Shown one piece after another: positions 9,707-19,311 of a DNA stretch of 64,000 nt; the first letter of the stretch is position 1; every line of letters starts with the position of its first letter. Made by a program: the position numbers and the translations under genes. Location: NCBI GenBank assembly GCA_965215515.1, contig OZ244057.1, positions 1,248,001 through 1,312,000 of the forward strand, read 5' to 3'. Under the pieces are notes generated by a model that saw nothing but the letters and a program-made list of their open reading frames with translations, was not told where the DNA came from and did no database searches. The DNA comes from Oligoflexales bacterium. GTDB taxonomy: Bacteria > Bdellovibrionota_B > Oligoflexia > Oligoflexales > JAPPIL01.

Positions 9707-10786
9707 GTGGGCATAAACAGCATGCTATTGGATGAAATTCTCAAACTTGCCCAGGACAACAGCGTCAGTGACGTTATCCTGAAGGCTGGCAGTGTGCCGA
9801 TCATGCGTCACGCGGGAAAACTTTTACGCGTTGGCAACGCACAGAAAATTACCAACACGATCATATATCATATGGTCAGCCAAGTTTTGCCCAGTCATCT
9901 GGAACAGAAATTTTCTGCCGATGGCGATGTTGACTTTGCTTACCAAACAAACAGTGCTCGTTTCAGGGTTAACCTCTACAAGGAACAGCAGCGTCTCAGT
10001 CTGGTTTTGCGTCTCATCAAGGATGTAATTCCTGCAGCCGAAGAACTGATGCTGCCTCCTGTAATAGGTAGATTTGCGCAACATAGAAGAGGCTTGATTT
10101 TGGTGACAGGAGCGTCTGGAAGTGGGAAATCTACCACTGTTGCCTATATTTTGAACCTGATCAATCAACAATGCTCTTATCACATTGTTACCATTGAAGA
10201 TCCCATCGAATACGTTTTTAAAGAAAAAAGTTGTACGATCAGTCAACGTGAAGTGGGCATCGACACGCCGTCATTCCAGAAAGCATTGAGATCTGTCTTA
10301 CGGCAAGATCCCGATGTAATTTTTGTCGGTGAGCTGCGAGATAAAGAGACAATTGAGGTAGCGATGCAAGCTTCCGAAACAGGACATCTGGTCATATCAA
10401 CCCTTCACACCTCAGGCTGCGTAGACACCGTGTCCAGGATTATGTCTTACTTCGAACCCAGCAAACACGCCAGTGTCAAGCTGACCCTGGCGCGCTGCCT
10501 GAACGGCATAATATCACAACGTCTCGTCACAGGCACACAAAACAATCTCGTCTGTGCTTTTGAAGTTATGCTTGCTAGCAGTTTTGTGCGTGAATGTATC
10601 TTGAGAAAAGACAATTTCGATGATATCGATAAAGCAATCAAAGAAGGTGCAGAAAAAAACGGTATGATAAGTTTCGACAACTCGCTCTTGCAACTCTACC
10701 AAAATCGTCATATTACAAGACAAGCAGCACTCTACGAAGCTGACTCCCCCGCTGACCTGGAACTAAAAATGCGTGGAGTTGGCTAG
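9707..10786 (+). CDS. pilT: PilT/PilU family type IV pilus retraction ATPase
   Basis: GASGSGKS Walker A, TIEDPIE, LRQDPDVIFVGELRD, GHLVISTLH; AIRNLIRE motif diverged (FVRECILRK), so may be a PilT paralog. Confidence 0.85.
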   Translation: MGINSMLLDEILKLAQDNSVSDVILKAGSVPIMRHAGKLLRVGNAQKITNTIIYHMVSQVLPSHLEQKFSADGDVDFAYQTNSARFRVNLYKEQQRLSLVLRLIKDVIPAAEELMLPPVIGRFAQHRRGLILVTGASGSGKSTTVAYILNLINQQCSYHIVTIEDPIEYVFKEKSCTISQREVGIDTPSFQKALRSVLRQDPDVIFVGELRDKETIEVAMQASETGHLVISTLHTSGCVDTVSRIMSYFEPSKHASVKLTLARCLNGIISQRLVTGTQNNLVCAFEVMLASSFVRECILRKDNFDDIDKAIKEGAEKNGMISFDNSLLQLYQNRHITRQAALYEADSPADLELKMRGVG

Positions 10787-10867
10787 AAACTGTCAAGAAA
10801 GCCGCGTTTCTATCGTCGGGGCGGGCGGTAATTTTTTCCTTCAGATATGGTGAGATTGAGATTAAAT

Positions 10868-10893
10868 TTAAAATCTTTACAATTTGCCGATAG
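10868..10893 (+). promoter_or_regulatory. Putative sigma28-type promoter (weak -35)
   Basis: TTAA-N14-GCCGATAG. Confidence 0.35.
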
Positions 10894-10923
10894 GGGTAGT
10901 GTTGGTTTATTTATTTGACAGTT

Positions 10924-12033
10924 ATGAATATGCGTTGTGCAATCCTCATGTTTTTGTTGGCATGCAATAAGTACGATGGTGGTGCGATTGGTTTTAGTGC
11001 TGATGCCGAGGTCATTCGCAGTGAGGAGCACACGGAAGTTTTTACCCCTGCAGTGGATAGGGGACGTAAGCTTGACATCTTGTTGGTGGTAGACAACTCT
11101 GGCTCGATGCTCGAAGAACAAGAGAACTTGGCAGGCAAGCTTGATAGCTTGCTGGAGAAGGTTAGCGGCAGTGATTGGCAAATTGCCATCACCACTACCG
11201 ACACACGTGATTGTGTGGTTAAGATAATTACCCCTGCCAACAAGGATGAGTTTGCCACGACGGTGCGAGGGTTAGGCACGGACGGTAGCGGTGATGAGAT
11301 GGCAGTGTGGCAGATATTACAGGCATTGCAAGGCAACTGTATTCGTGACGACAGCGGCGGTAGTGAGGAAACCATCTTGATGGAAAAGGCATTGCAGTTA
11401 CGCACGGACGGCGTATTGTTCGCGGAAAATGATGAAATCAGGGCAATGCAGCTACCCCCTGGTCATGATGCCAGAGATGTCAGCAGTTGTGAACGACGAC
11501 GCACTTGGTTGCGTAATGACTCGACACTCGCCATTTTGCTGGTCAGCGATGAGGATCACAACTGTAGCGAACACTACATGTGTGGCTTGACCGATCTTTA
11601 CTTCTACCTCAATAGTATTCGCACTTTGCACGCTACGGCACGCCTTTACGGTCTACTCGACATCGATACCAAAGATGATGGTAAGGGTAGCGGTTGGGCA
11701 ACCTTGCCTGGGGCACAAAAATTCTTGCAGTGGCAAGACGGTAACGGCGAATCGCTGTTCGACCACTATGCGTCGATTAACGACAATGATTACAGCGAGA
11801 CATTGCAGAAAATTTCTCGCAGTATTTCTTCCGCCATGCAGAGTACTTTTATTTTGAAACACACGCATGACGGACGCAAATTTACCATCAAAGTCAGCTA
11901 CGGCAACGACAGCAGAGTGCTGGCGGAAAACGAATACATACTCGACGATAAAACACTACGTATCGTCACCACTCTGCCTGCCAACACCTCCCGCATCGAG
12001 GTGCTATACACCCATAACCCCGATCGAGTGTGA
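10924..12033 (+). CDS. vWA-domain lipoprotein
   Basis: LLAC lipobox; LDILLVVDNSGS MIDAS, WQIAITTTD, WLRNDSTLAILLVSDED. Confidence 0.85.
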   Translation: MNMRCAILMFLLACNKYDGGAIGFSADAEVIRSEEHTEVFTPAVDRGRKLDILLVVDNSGSMLEEQENLAGKLDSLLEKVSGSDWQIAITTTDTRDCVVKIITPANKDEFATTVRGLGTDGSGDEMAVWQILQALQGNCIRDDSGGSEETILMEKALQLRTDGVLFAENDEIRAMQLPPGHDARDVSSCERRRTWLRNDSTLAILLVSDEDHNCSEHYMCGLTDLYFYLNSIRTLHATARLYGLLDIDTKDDGKGSGWATLPGAQKFLQWQDGNGESLFDHYASINDNDYSETLQKISRSISSAMQSTFILKHTHDGRKFTIKVSYGNDSRVLAENEYILDDKTLRIVTTLPANTSRIEVLYTHNPDRV

Positions 12034-12103
12034 AAAATAAACCGCACCCTAACCCTCGCAGCGACGACGATAGGCACGCAGTTTGGGAAGCTAAGCAGAT
12101 ACT

Positions 12104-12757
12104 TTAAACAACAAAACCACCTAACCTCTCCTGCATAAGGCGGAAAACTTCCGCCACCGCATCTGCTCCCTGTAGCTCAGAGGTATCAAGACACACGAGG
12201 CGTGCGTCACCTTTGTCACACAGTGCCTTGAAGTGTTGTTGAATGCGCTCGTGTTCGCTCTTTTGCTGTGGATCATAGCGCATGACAGTGTCGCGCGTGC
12301 TGCGCGCGGCAATACGTGCCTCGACCACCTCGTATTTGCTGACGAGCACGATAGTCAAATCAGGCACGATGCCAAAAGTAGTCAGTGCGATGACCTGTTC
12401 AACGGCCGCGGCAGGCAGTCCACCGAGACAGCCTTGGTAGACACGCGTGGAGTCGGCAAAACGATCGCATAGCACAATCCTGCCCGCACGCAGGGCAGGT
12501 GCAATGACCCGTTGCACATGCTGGGCGCGGGCGGCAGAAACCAGCATCAACTCGGCTTCCATCGTCAGCGTTTCGGTCGTGTCATGGTTACGAAAGATGG
12601 CACGCATACGATCGGCCAAGGGCGTACCGCCTGGCTCTCTAGAGCATATTACAGGCAAGCCGTGGGAGTGCAGGAAGTCCTTCAGTGCTTGCACGAGATA
12701 GGTTTTCCCCGTGCCTTCGCTGCCTTCTATGGTGATAAATTTGCCGTGCATCTCCAT
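12104..12757 (-). CDS. tmk: Thymidylate kinase
   Basis: FITIEGSEGTGKT, REPGGT, VLCDRFADSTRVYQG, PDLTI. Confidence 0.95.
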   Translation of the reverse strand: MEMHGKFITIEGSEGTGKTYLVQALKDFLHSHGLPVICSREPGGTPLADRMRAIFRNHDTTETLTMEAELMLVSAARAQHVQRVIAPALRAGRIVLCDRFADSTRVYQGCLGGLPAAAVEQVIALTTFGIVPDLTIVLVSKYEVVEARIAARSTRDTVMRYDPQQKSEHERIQQHFKALCDKGDARLVCLDTSELQGADAVAEVFRLMQERLGGFVV

Positions 12758-12822
12758 TCCAGATCCACCTGCGCCGCTTGTAACACACACGGCAGATTTT
12801 CTCTACTTCCTTCGCTCCCCGC

Positions 12823-12850
12823 TCAACTTTCAGGGTAAACTAGCCGACAG
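12823..12850 (+). promoter_or_regulatory. Putative sigma28-type promoter
   Basis: TCAA-N16-GCCGACAG upstream of kinase gene. Confidence 0.5.
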
Positions 12851-12885
12851 CAGCGCTGAGCAGCGTTTTTCTGAGCGGTGAGGAA

Positions 12886-14760
12886 GTGGTGATCGGGGCG
12901 CGTTACGTTCTCGGCAGTAGAATAGCCTCAGGTGGCATGGCAGAGATACACCTGGGCAAGCAAGTCAGCAAGGATGGCTTCGAGCGTCTCTGTGCGATCA
13001 AGCGTATTTTGCCGCATCTGTCTAGCAACCGCGATTTCATTGAAATGTTTCGTGATGAAGCACACATCTGCAAAAAACTCCAGCACACCAATATCGTACG
13101 CATCGAGGGGTTCGAGGAGATCGATGGCTCATTTGCCATCATCATGGAGCTTGTCGATGGCAGTGATTTGCGCTCTATTTTGTCAGCTTGTGAGCGTTCC
13201 AAATCTCGTTTAAGTGTGCCCATGGCGTTGTTCGTTAGCGCAGAAGCGGCACGTGGGTTGCACTACGCCCATACTAAACGTGATGATATGTCGCAAGCAG
13301 CGCTCGGCATCGTGCACCGTGATATTTCGCCACAAAATATAATGATTAGCTACGAAGGTGAGGTAAAAGTCACCGATTTTGGTATCGCCAAAGCTAAAAA
13401 CAAAAATACAGAAACACAGACAGGCACAGTAAAAGGCAAGTATTCCTACATGAGTCCCGAACAAATTACGGCGCAAAAAACAGATCGCCGCTCGGATATT
13501 TTTTCGCTGGGCATTGTCTTGTGGGAAACACTGGCAATGCGCAAGTTGTTTCAAGCGGGCAACGATGTTACCACTATCGGCAGAGTGCGCAACTGCAAAA
13601 TTACCACGTCACTATGCAAAGAAAACAAAAACGTTACACCAGAATTAGAAAAAATCATTCTCAAGTGTTTAGCTAAAGATCCCAAAGATCGTTATCAGAC
13701 CGCAGACGAGATGGAAAAAGCAGTTCGTAAATTTCTCTATGCAAATTACTCTGACTTCAGTACTCACGTTCTCGGCAAATTCCTCAAAGGGTTGTTGAAT
13801 AAAAAAAGAAAGCAAATGCGCAAAAGCTTGCAAACTATGCTTTCACAAAAATCTTCACCAGCTGCTGCAGAGATGAAATTAGCACTTGCTAAATCTAGAC
13901 ACACAGAGGAGAAACATGCCCCGCGCCTTCCCCCGCAAGCAGAAGACGGTAATGCTGCCCGTAAAATTGAGTTTGCACCACCAACGACTCTTTCTGACCC
14001 TGCCAAGCGCAAGAAAGGACACAGAGCAGTTGCTACACAGAGAGAGGCAAAGCCGTCGAATTATTTAGTTTTGAAAGAAGATCTTTCCAAATCGGTCAGA
14101 GAAAGTAAAAAAGAAGTGCTCACACCGCATGCCATCAGAGCACGGGGAAAAAGACGAGGACAACAGAAGAGCAGCAGCCTAAACATGTTGGTGGTTGCCA
14201 GTATCATATTTGTGGTTGGGATTATCGCTTATGTGGTAAAAAATAAACAGGACTTGCGCTTGTCACGCCCCAGCTACTTGGGGCTTAAACTCGACACAAC
14301 ACCCTCAAGAGTTAAAATCAGCATCGACGACAAACTCTACAAGAATGGAGCATACCAGAAGACACCGCTTGTTGTACAAACTACCGCGGGGAAACATCTA
14401 GTCAAAATTTTTAGGCAAGGCTATCGTCCGCGTAAATTCGAATATCGGGGTGGGGAAGGGCAAACAATTGGAAAAACGCTGGTGCTCGAACCAAGCACCA
14501 GAATGTCTGCAGTGCGGATCGTCAGCGAAAATGCTAGCAAGAAATATCTCCTCGATATTAATAACGGCTTTTTTGTCGGCGAATCACCAGCTCTCGTGCC
14601 TGATTTAGTTTACAACAAGAGACACTCCGTTCGCATCACACCCAAAGGTGGTGGACGCACGCAGCAGTTTGCCTGCAGCTTCGTGCCTACTTCCCGTTCC
14701 GTTAGCAGACCACATTTGCTGGTCATCAAGAGAGGACGCTGTGTCGGACGTACACATTAG
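12886..14760 (+). CDS. Membrane-anchored Hanks-type Ser/Thr protein kinase with extracellular PEGA-like domain
   Basis: GGMAEI, AIKRIL, HRDISPQN, DFGIAK, YMSPEQ, SDIFSLG; single TM; TP..L..GKHLVKI PEGA pattern. Confidence 0.92.
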   Translation: MVIGARYVLGSRIASGGMAEIHLGKQVSKDGFERLCAIKRILPHLSSNRDFIEMFRDEAHICKKLQHTNIVRIEGFEEIDGSFAIIMELVDGSDLRSILSACERSKSRLSVPMALFVSAEAARGLHYAHTKRDDMSQAALGIVHRDISPQNIMISYEGEVKVTDFGIAKAKNKNTETQTGTVKGKYSYMSPEQITAQKTDRRSDIFSLGIVLWETLAMRKLFQAGNDVTTIGRVRNCKITTSLCKENKNVTPELEKIILKCLAKDPKDRYQTADEMEKAVRKFLYANYSDFSTHVLGKFLKGLLNKKRKQMRKSLQTMLSQKSSPAAAEMKLALAKSRHTEEKHAPRLPPQAEDGNAARKIEFAPPTTLSDPAKRKKGHRAVATQREAKPSNYLVLKEDLSKSVRESKKEVLTPHAIRARGKRRGQQKSSSLNMLVVASIIFVVGIIAYVVKNKQDLRLSRPSYLGLKLDTTPSRVKISIDDKLYKNGAYQKTPLVVQTTAGKHLVKIFRQGYRPRKFEYRGGEGQTIGKTLVLEPSTRMSAVRIVSENASKKYLLDINNGFFVGESPALVPDLVYNKRHSVRITPKGGGRTQQFACSFVPTSRSVSRPHLLVIKRGRCVGRTH

Positions 14761-14766
14761 AGCTTG

Positions 14767-16311
14767 TCACAGAGGAATGTTGCTGTGTTTTTTATACCGT
14801 ACGGTGGTTTTTTTGTGGCGTAGCACATCGAGAGCTGCACACAGAGTAGTGCGTGTTTCGGAGGGAAAGATCACCGCATCGACAAAACCTTTTTGCGCCG
14901 CGATCCAGGGGTTAGAAAATTTTTCCCGATAGGCCGCAATCAGTTCTTGACGTTTGGCCTGTGGGTCGTCAGCCTGTGCGATTTCTTTTTTGAAAATTAT
15001 ATTGCATGCACCTTCTGACCCCATCACAGCGATTTCAGCATTAGGCCAAGCGCAGTTGAAGTCTCCCCCGATGTGTTTGGAACTCATGACATCGTAAGCA
15101 CCGCCATAGGCTTTACGCACGATGACAGTCAGTTTGGGCACGCTTGCCTCGCAATAGGCATAGAGCAGTTTCGCCCCGTGACGGATGATGCCCTGATGTT
15201 CTTGTGCAACCCCTGGCAAGAAGCCTGGCACATCGACGAAAGTCAGGAGAGGTAGGTTGAAAAGGTCACAGAAACGTACGAAGCGGGCAGCTTTGACGGA
15301 AGCTTCGCTGTCGAGCACACCCGCCATGTGGTGCGGGTTGTTGCCGATGACACCGACCGCATTGCCTTGTAGACGGGCGAGAGCAATGATGATGTTGGGG
15401 GCATACTCCTCTTTTAACACAAACAACGAGTCGGGATCGACTACTCTGGCAATCAGCGTTTGCATATCGTAGGGTAGATGCGCAGCCTGAGGCACGAGCG
15501 TTTCCAAATCACGGGCATGGGCGCTGATGAGTGCGGGATCGAACTCCTGTATGCCCATAGGGGGCTTCTCGCCCGCGCGGGAAGGCAGATAGGAGAGCCA
15601 ACGGCGCGCGGCGAGCATTACGTCAGTTTCCGCGCCGCAGCGCAAATCGCAGACTCCGCTCTCGCGAGTGTGGATGTGCGCGCCGCCGAGACCTGCGAAA
15701 TCGATCTCTTCCCCTGTCACTTCCTTGATGACATCGGGGCCTGTGATAAACATGTGGCTGATACCATCGACCATAAAGATGGCATCGGTCATGGCTGGTG
15801 AGTAGACCGCCCCGCCCGCACACGGCCCGACGATCAACGACAACTGCGGTATCACCCCGCTAGCTTGCACGTTACGGTAAAAAATATCGGCGTAGCCTGC
15901 GAGGCTAGCGACCCCTTCATGGATACGTGCTCCACCCGAATCGTTGATACCGATCAGCGGAACACCATTGTTCATCGCTAGTTCCATGATTTTGCAAATC
16001 TTTTTCGCCATCGTTGCCGAAAGACTGCCGCCGAAAACGGTTGCGTCCTGAGCGAAGAGGCAGATGCTGCGCCCGTCAATGCGAGCGAAACCAGTAATGA
16101 CCCCATCGCCTGCAACCTTCCTTTCCCCCATCCCGAAGTCTTGGCAGTCGTGTACGGCAAATTGGTCGAGCTCGACAAAGCTGTCGCGATCGACGAGCAA
16201 CTCGATGCGCTCGCGTGCGCTGAGCTTTCCTTTGCGGTGCTGTGCGGCACAACGCATACCGCGGGTGGTTTGGGCACGCAAAGCGCTGAGTTTTTGCTGT
16301 TGGGCGTGCAC
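14767..16311 (-). CDS. pccB: Acyl-CoA carboxylase carboxyltransferase subunit (PccB/MmdA family)
   Basis: KLSARERI, GDGVITG, DSGGARIHEG, GPCAGGAVYSPA, DVPGFLPG, RKAYGGAY, KKHSNIPL; start GTG 16311 with GGGAG. Confidence 0.9.
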   Translation of the reverse strand: MHAQQQKLSALRAQTTRGMRCAAQHRKGKLSARERIELLVDRDSFVELDQFAVHDCQDFGMGERKVAGDGVITGFARIDGRSICLFAQDATVFGGSLSATMAKKICKIMELAMNNGVPLIGINDSGGARIHEGVASLAGYADIFYRNVQASGVIPQLSLIVGPCAGGAVYSPAMTDAIFMVDGISHMFITGPDVIKEVTGEEIDFAGLGGAHIHTRESGVCDLRCGAETDVMLAARRWLSYLPSRAGEKPPMGIQEFDPALISAHARDLETLVPQAAHLPYDMQTLIARVVDPDSLFVLKEEYAPNIIIALARLQGNAVGVIGNNPHHMAGVLDSEASVKAARFVRFCDLFNLPLLTFVDVPGFLPGVAQEHQGIIRHGAKLLYAYCEASVPKLTVIVRKAYGGAYDVMSSKHIGGDFNCAWPNAEIAVMGSEGACNIIFKKEIAQADDPQAKRQELIAAYREKFSNPWIAAQKGFVDAVIFPSETRTTLCAALDVLRHKKTTVRYKKHSNIPL

Positions 16312-16457
16312 GACTCTCCCTGTTATCGGTAGCGCGTGTGTGCGTGTAACACGATGCAAGCGTTATGTTAAGCCATAACATCTGCATGCAGGGTTACCCT
16401 GTCGATGCACCCAAAAAAGAAGCTGCCTAGCATCAGCAATCGTGCTAAAATCAGGGC

Positions 16458-17225
16458 ATGAACAGTCGGCAACGTAAAGCGACAGTGATCGCGGTGGCCA
16501 GTCCTCGCCAGGGCATAGGCAAAAGCGTGGTGGCACTGAACCTCGCCGCATCCCTGACACTGGCGGAGAAACGAGTGCTGTTGGTCGTCGCTGACCCACG
16601 TCACACCGTGGCCCTACACACCCCCAAAAACACCACCCTCTACGAGGTACTACACGATAACATCGCGCTCAGCAGCGCCATCGCCCCCGCCGCCCTGCCA
16701 CAACTCGAAGTCGTCCCCTCGTCACCCGCACTGTGGCGACTAGAGGCGGATCTGCTGTGTGTCAAAGACCGAGAACTGCGCATGCAGCAAACACTACTGA
16801 CGGTATCCACAATGTACGACTTCTTGCTTATCGACTGCCCCTCCGCACTCGATCTGCTGGCCCTCAGTGCTCTGCTCGCCGCCGACAAAGTAATCATCCC
16901 CATCAATGCAACCACCTCCATGTGCGCAGAGGCAGAACAACTGCTGCGAGTGATAGCCAACCTGCGCCGCACCCTCCAACCCTCCCTAGGAGGGGTGCAT
17001 CTAGTAGCCAACAAAGTAAACAAGCAAACAAACCACCACCACCAACCACCACTACAACTACTGGCAGTGCAAATTCCTACCAGCACAGACATCGCTACCG
17101 CCGCAGTGCTCGGCCTACCCACAGTTCTCCAAGCAGCGGATAGTGACGGGGCCACCGCCTTCCACCAACTAGCCAAAACACTACTAGCAACCGACACGAC
17201 CACAGCACAGGAGCACAACCTGTGA
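16458..17225 (+). CDS. parA: ParA/Soj family ATPase, motif-degenerate
   Basis: NLAASL..KRVLL, IDCP, position before parB; Walker A reads SPRQGIGKS instead of NQKGGVGKT. Confidence 0.8.
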   Translation: MNSRQRKATVIAVASPRQGIGKSVVALNLAASLTLAEKRVLLVVADPRHTVALHTPKNTTLYEVLHDNIALSSAIAPAALPQLEVVPSSPALWRLEADLLCVKDRELRMQQTLLTVSTMYDFLLIDCPSALDLLALSALLAADKVIIPINATTSMCAEAEQLLRVIANLRRTLQPSLGGVHLVANKVNKQTNHHHQPPLQLLAVQIPTSTDIATAAVLGLPTVLQAADSDGATAFHQLAKTLLATDTTTAQEHNL

Positions 17226-18052
17226 CCACTGACGACGACAGCCCCACGCTAGCACCCCAACAAAACCAACAACAGATATTCCTAGTAGCACTCACCAAAC
17301 TCACACCAGGCCCCTACCAACCACGACTAAACTTCGACGACCAACGGCTGCAAGAGATGGCCACAAGCATTAAACACAACGGTGTACTACAACCCATAAT
17401 CCTCACCCGCAAAGACGATTGCTACAACATCGTAGCAGGTGAACGACGTGTACGAGCGGCACGCCTAGCTGGCCTGCGCAGCATCCCCGCTATCATCAAA
17501 GACCTAAGCGCAGCCGAGATGCTGCGCGTCGGCCTGATCGAAAACATACAGCGCAGTGACCTCAACGCCATCGAAGAAGCAACCGCCTACCAAACACTGA
17601 TCAGCGATTTCGGCCTGACACAAGGACAATGCGCCAAACAAATCGGCAAAGACCGCTCCTCCATCAGCAACGCCCTGCGCCTGCTAACCCTGCCACTGGA
17701 AATAAAAACCGACCTCACGCAACAACGCCTAAGTATGGGACACTGCCGCGCCCTGCTGTCGCTGCACAACACCGCCCTGATGCTGGAAGCACGCCAACTA
17801 ATACTCAGAAAAAACCTCAGCGTGCGCCAAACCGAGCTCCTCTGTCGTAACCTACCGAGCAAAGATAAAAAAAACACCCGCAACAACACCGCCGAACTCA
17901 ACCACCTGGCCGAAAGCCTGCGTACCCGACTCCAAACCCGCGTGCGCGTCTCTGGTTCTGGCAGCAAAGGACGAATCGAAATCTCCTACTTCTCCGCCGC
18001 CGAACTCGACCGCATCACCAGCCTAATGGGTTGCCACCAAAGAGAAAACTAA
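17222..18052 (+). CDS. parB: ParB/Spo0J partition protein
   Basis: YQPR, GVLQPI, IVAGERRVRAA, ENIQRSDLNAIEEA, HTH GKDRSSISNALRLL. Confidence 0.95.
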   Translation: MTTDDDSPTLAPQQNQQQIFLVALTKLTPGPYQPRLNFDDQRLQEMATSIKHNGVLQPIILTRKDDCYNIVAGERRVRAARLAGLRSIPAIIKDLSAAEMLRVGLIENIQRSDLNAIEEATAYQTLISDFGLTQGQCAKQIGKDRSSISNALRLLTLPLEIKTDLTQQRLSMGHCRALLSLHNTALMLEARQLILRKNLSVRQTELLCRNLPSKDKKNTRNNTAELNHLAESLRTRLQTRVRVSGSGSKGRIEISYFSAAELDRITSLMGCHQREN

Positions 18053-18075
18053 AAACTAGTAATCCCGACACGACA

Positions 18076-18294
18076 ATGCTACAACGGCGCTTGCGCGAAG
18101 GCGCAGTCCCCGAACACAGGGGGAGGAGCAAGACGACGGTGATTTTTTCCCGCCAAGACCTGCAAGTCGAAGAATGGTCGGAGCTGCTGGCATTCCTGCC
18201 CATCCTCGTTTTCGTCGCTCTCGTCACACCCTTCCTGCTCGCAGGCTACACCCTAGGGTTTTGCCTGAGCAGACTCGGCCTGTTGGAAGACTAA
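18076..18294 (+). CDS. Small hypothetical membrane protein
   Basis: One long hydrophobic segment; fills gap in + strand run. Confidence 0.45.
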   Translation: MLQRRLREGAVPEHRGRSKTTVIFSRQDLQVEEWSELLAFLPILVFVALVTPFLLAGYTLGFCLSRLGLLED

Positions 18295-18387
18295 CGCACT
18301 CCAGAGCAAAAAAATATTGTGAAAATTTTGTCACTGTGCAAGAGTGGTCGCTCCTGTTTTTTTGTAACCCTATCACGGAGTATCGAC

Positions 18388-19224
18388 ATGCTACGAGCGC
18401 TACTGATGAGTACCTTGCTGCTGATGGCTGCAGCAAACGAGCAACCCTATGACTTCAGCACAGCGGATGCCCTCTTCGCACAGCGCGCCCCCACGGAGGA
18501 AGGGAAGGAAGCGATTCGACGCGCCCTGGCCGCCTACCACAGTGCTCTGGACACCGTCGAGGGTGACGATCTGCTGTACGCCGTCTCGCAAATCTCGCGT
18601 CTCTACATCTACGACGGAGACATGACCTACCCCGAAAGTGCCAAAAGAGAACGTATGCACATCTTCGACAACTGCCTCGCTACCTTGAAAGAATACCTCC
18701 ACCCCGACGCAGTGGGGGAAACACCACAGTACTACTACTACAAAGTCTACTGCCTGGCACTGTGGGGTAAGGCGGCTGGGCCGCTGCGCGTCCTACTGCG
18801 TGCCCCCATCCTGAAACGCTCCATCAGTGCAGGCCTGAAGCTCGACACCCGCTACGAAGGCGGAGGACTGCGCCGCATGGTGGGAGCTATCTACCTGAAC
18901 AACAAAGCACGCCCCATCGGTCTCTACAAACCAGCGGAAGCCCTACGACTGCTCGAAGAAGCGATTGCATCCGAAGGTGTCGCCGACCGCGCCTACCCCG
19001 AAATCCTCACGGGGGCTGATGTGTCCGAAAACTATTACCACTATGCCGAAGCACTGCTGAAAAACGGGCGCAAAGCAGAAGCGATAGATATTCTTGAACA
19101 GACAATCGCAGAATACGAAGAGCTGATCGAACTGGAGGCACTGCCTGTAGGTCGCGAGCCAGAGGCACGCTACTATCTCCAGAAACTACGCGATCGGCTA
19201 ACTGGATACACGGCTGAAGAGTAA
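18388..19224 (+). CDS. Secreted TPR-like protein (TatT-like)
   Basis: Signal peptide; LKLDTRYEGGGLRRMVGAIY and ENYYHYAEALL helical repeat patterns. Confidence 0.6.
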   Translation: MLRALLMSTLLLMAAANEQPYDFSTADALFAQRAPTEEGKEAIRRALAAYHSALDTVEGDDLLYAVSQISRLYIYDGDMTYPESAKRERMHIFDNCLATLKEYLHPDAVGETPQYYYYKVYCLALWGKAAGPLRVLLRAPILKRSISAGLKLDTRYEGGGLRRMVGAIYLNNKARPIGLYKPAEALRLLEEAIASEGVADRAYPEILTGADVSENYYHYAEALLKNGRKAEAIDILEQTIAEYEELIELEALPVGREPEARYYLQKLRDRLTGYTAEE

Positions 19225-19311
19225 ATGCCTAAACGGGACGCTAAGGGTAGCCGACGTGCACGAAAACACGTCGCATCGGCACGGTTACACGGAACATGGG
19301 AGGTGCGGGTA

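Noticed and set aside
16640..17218. 192-aa antisense ORF over parA (and similar ones over parB, aroC, nusA, scpB)
   Set aside because: Shadow ORFs with no motifs, on the strand opposite clear genes
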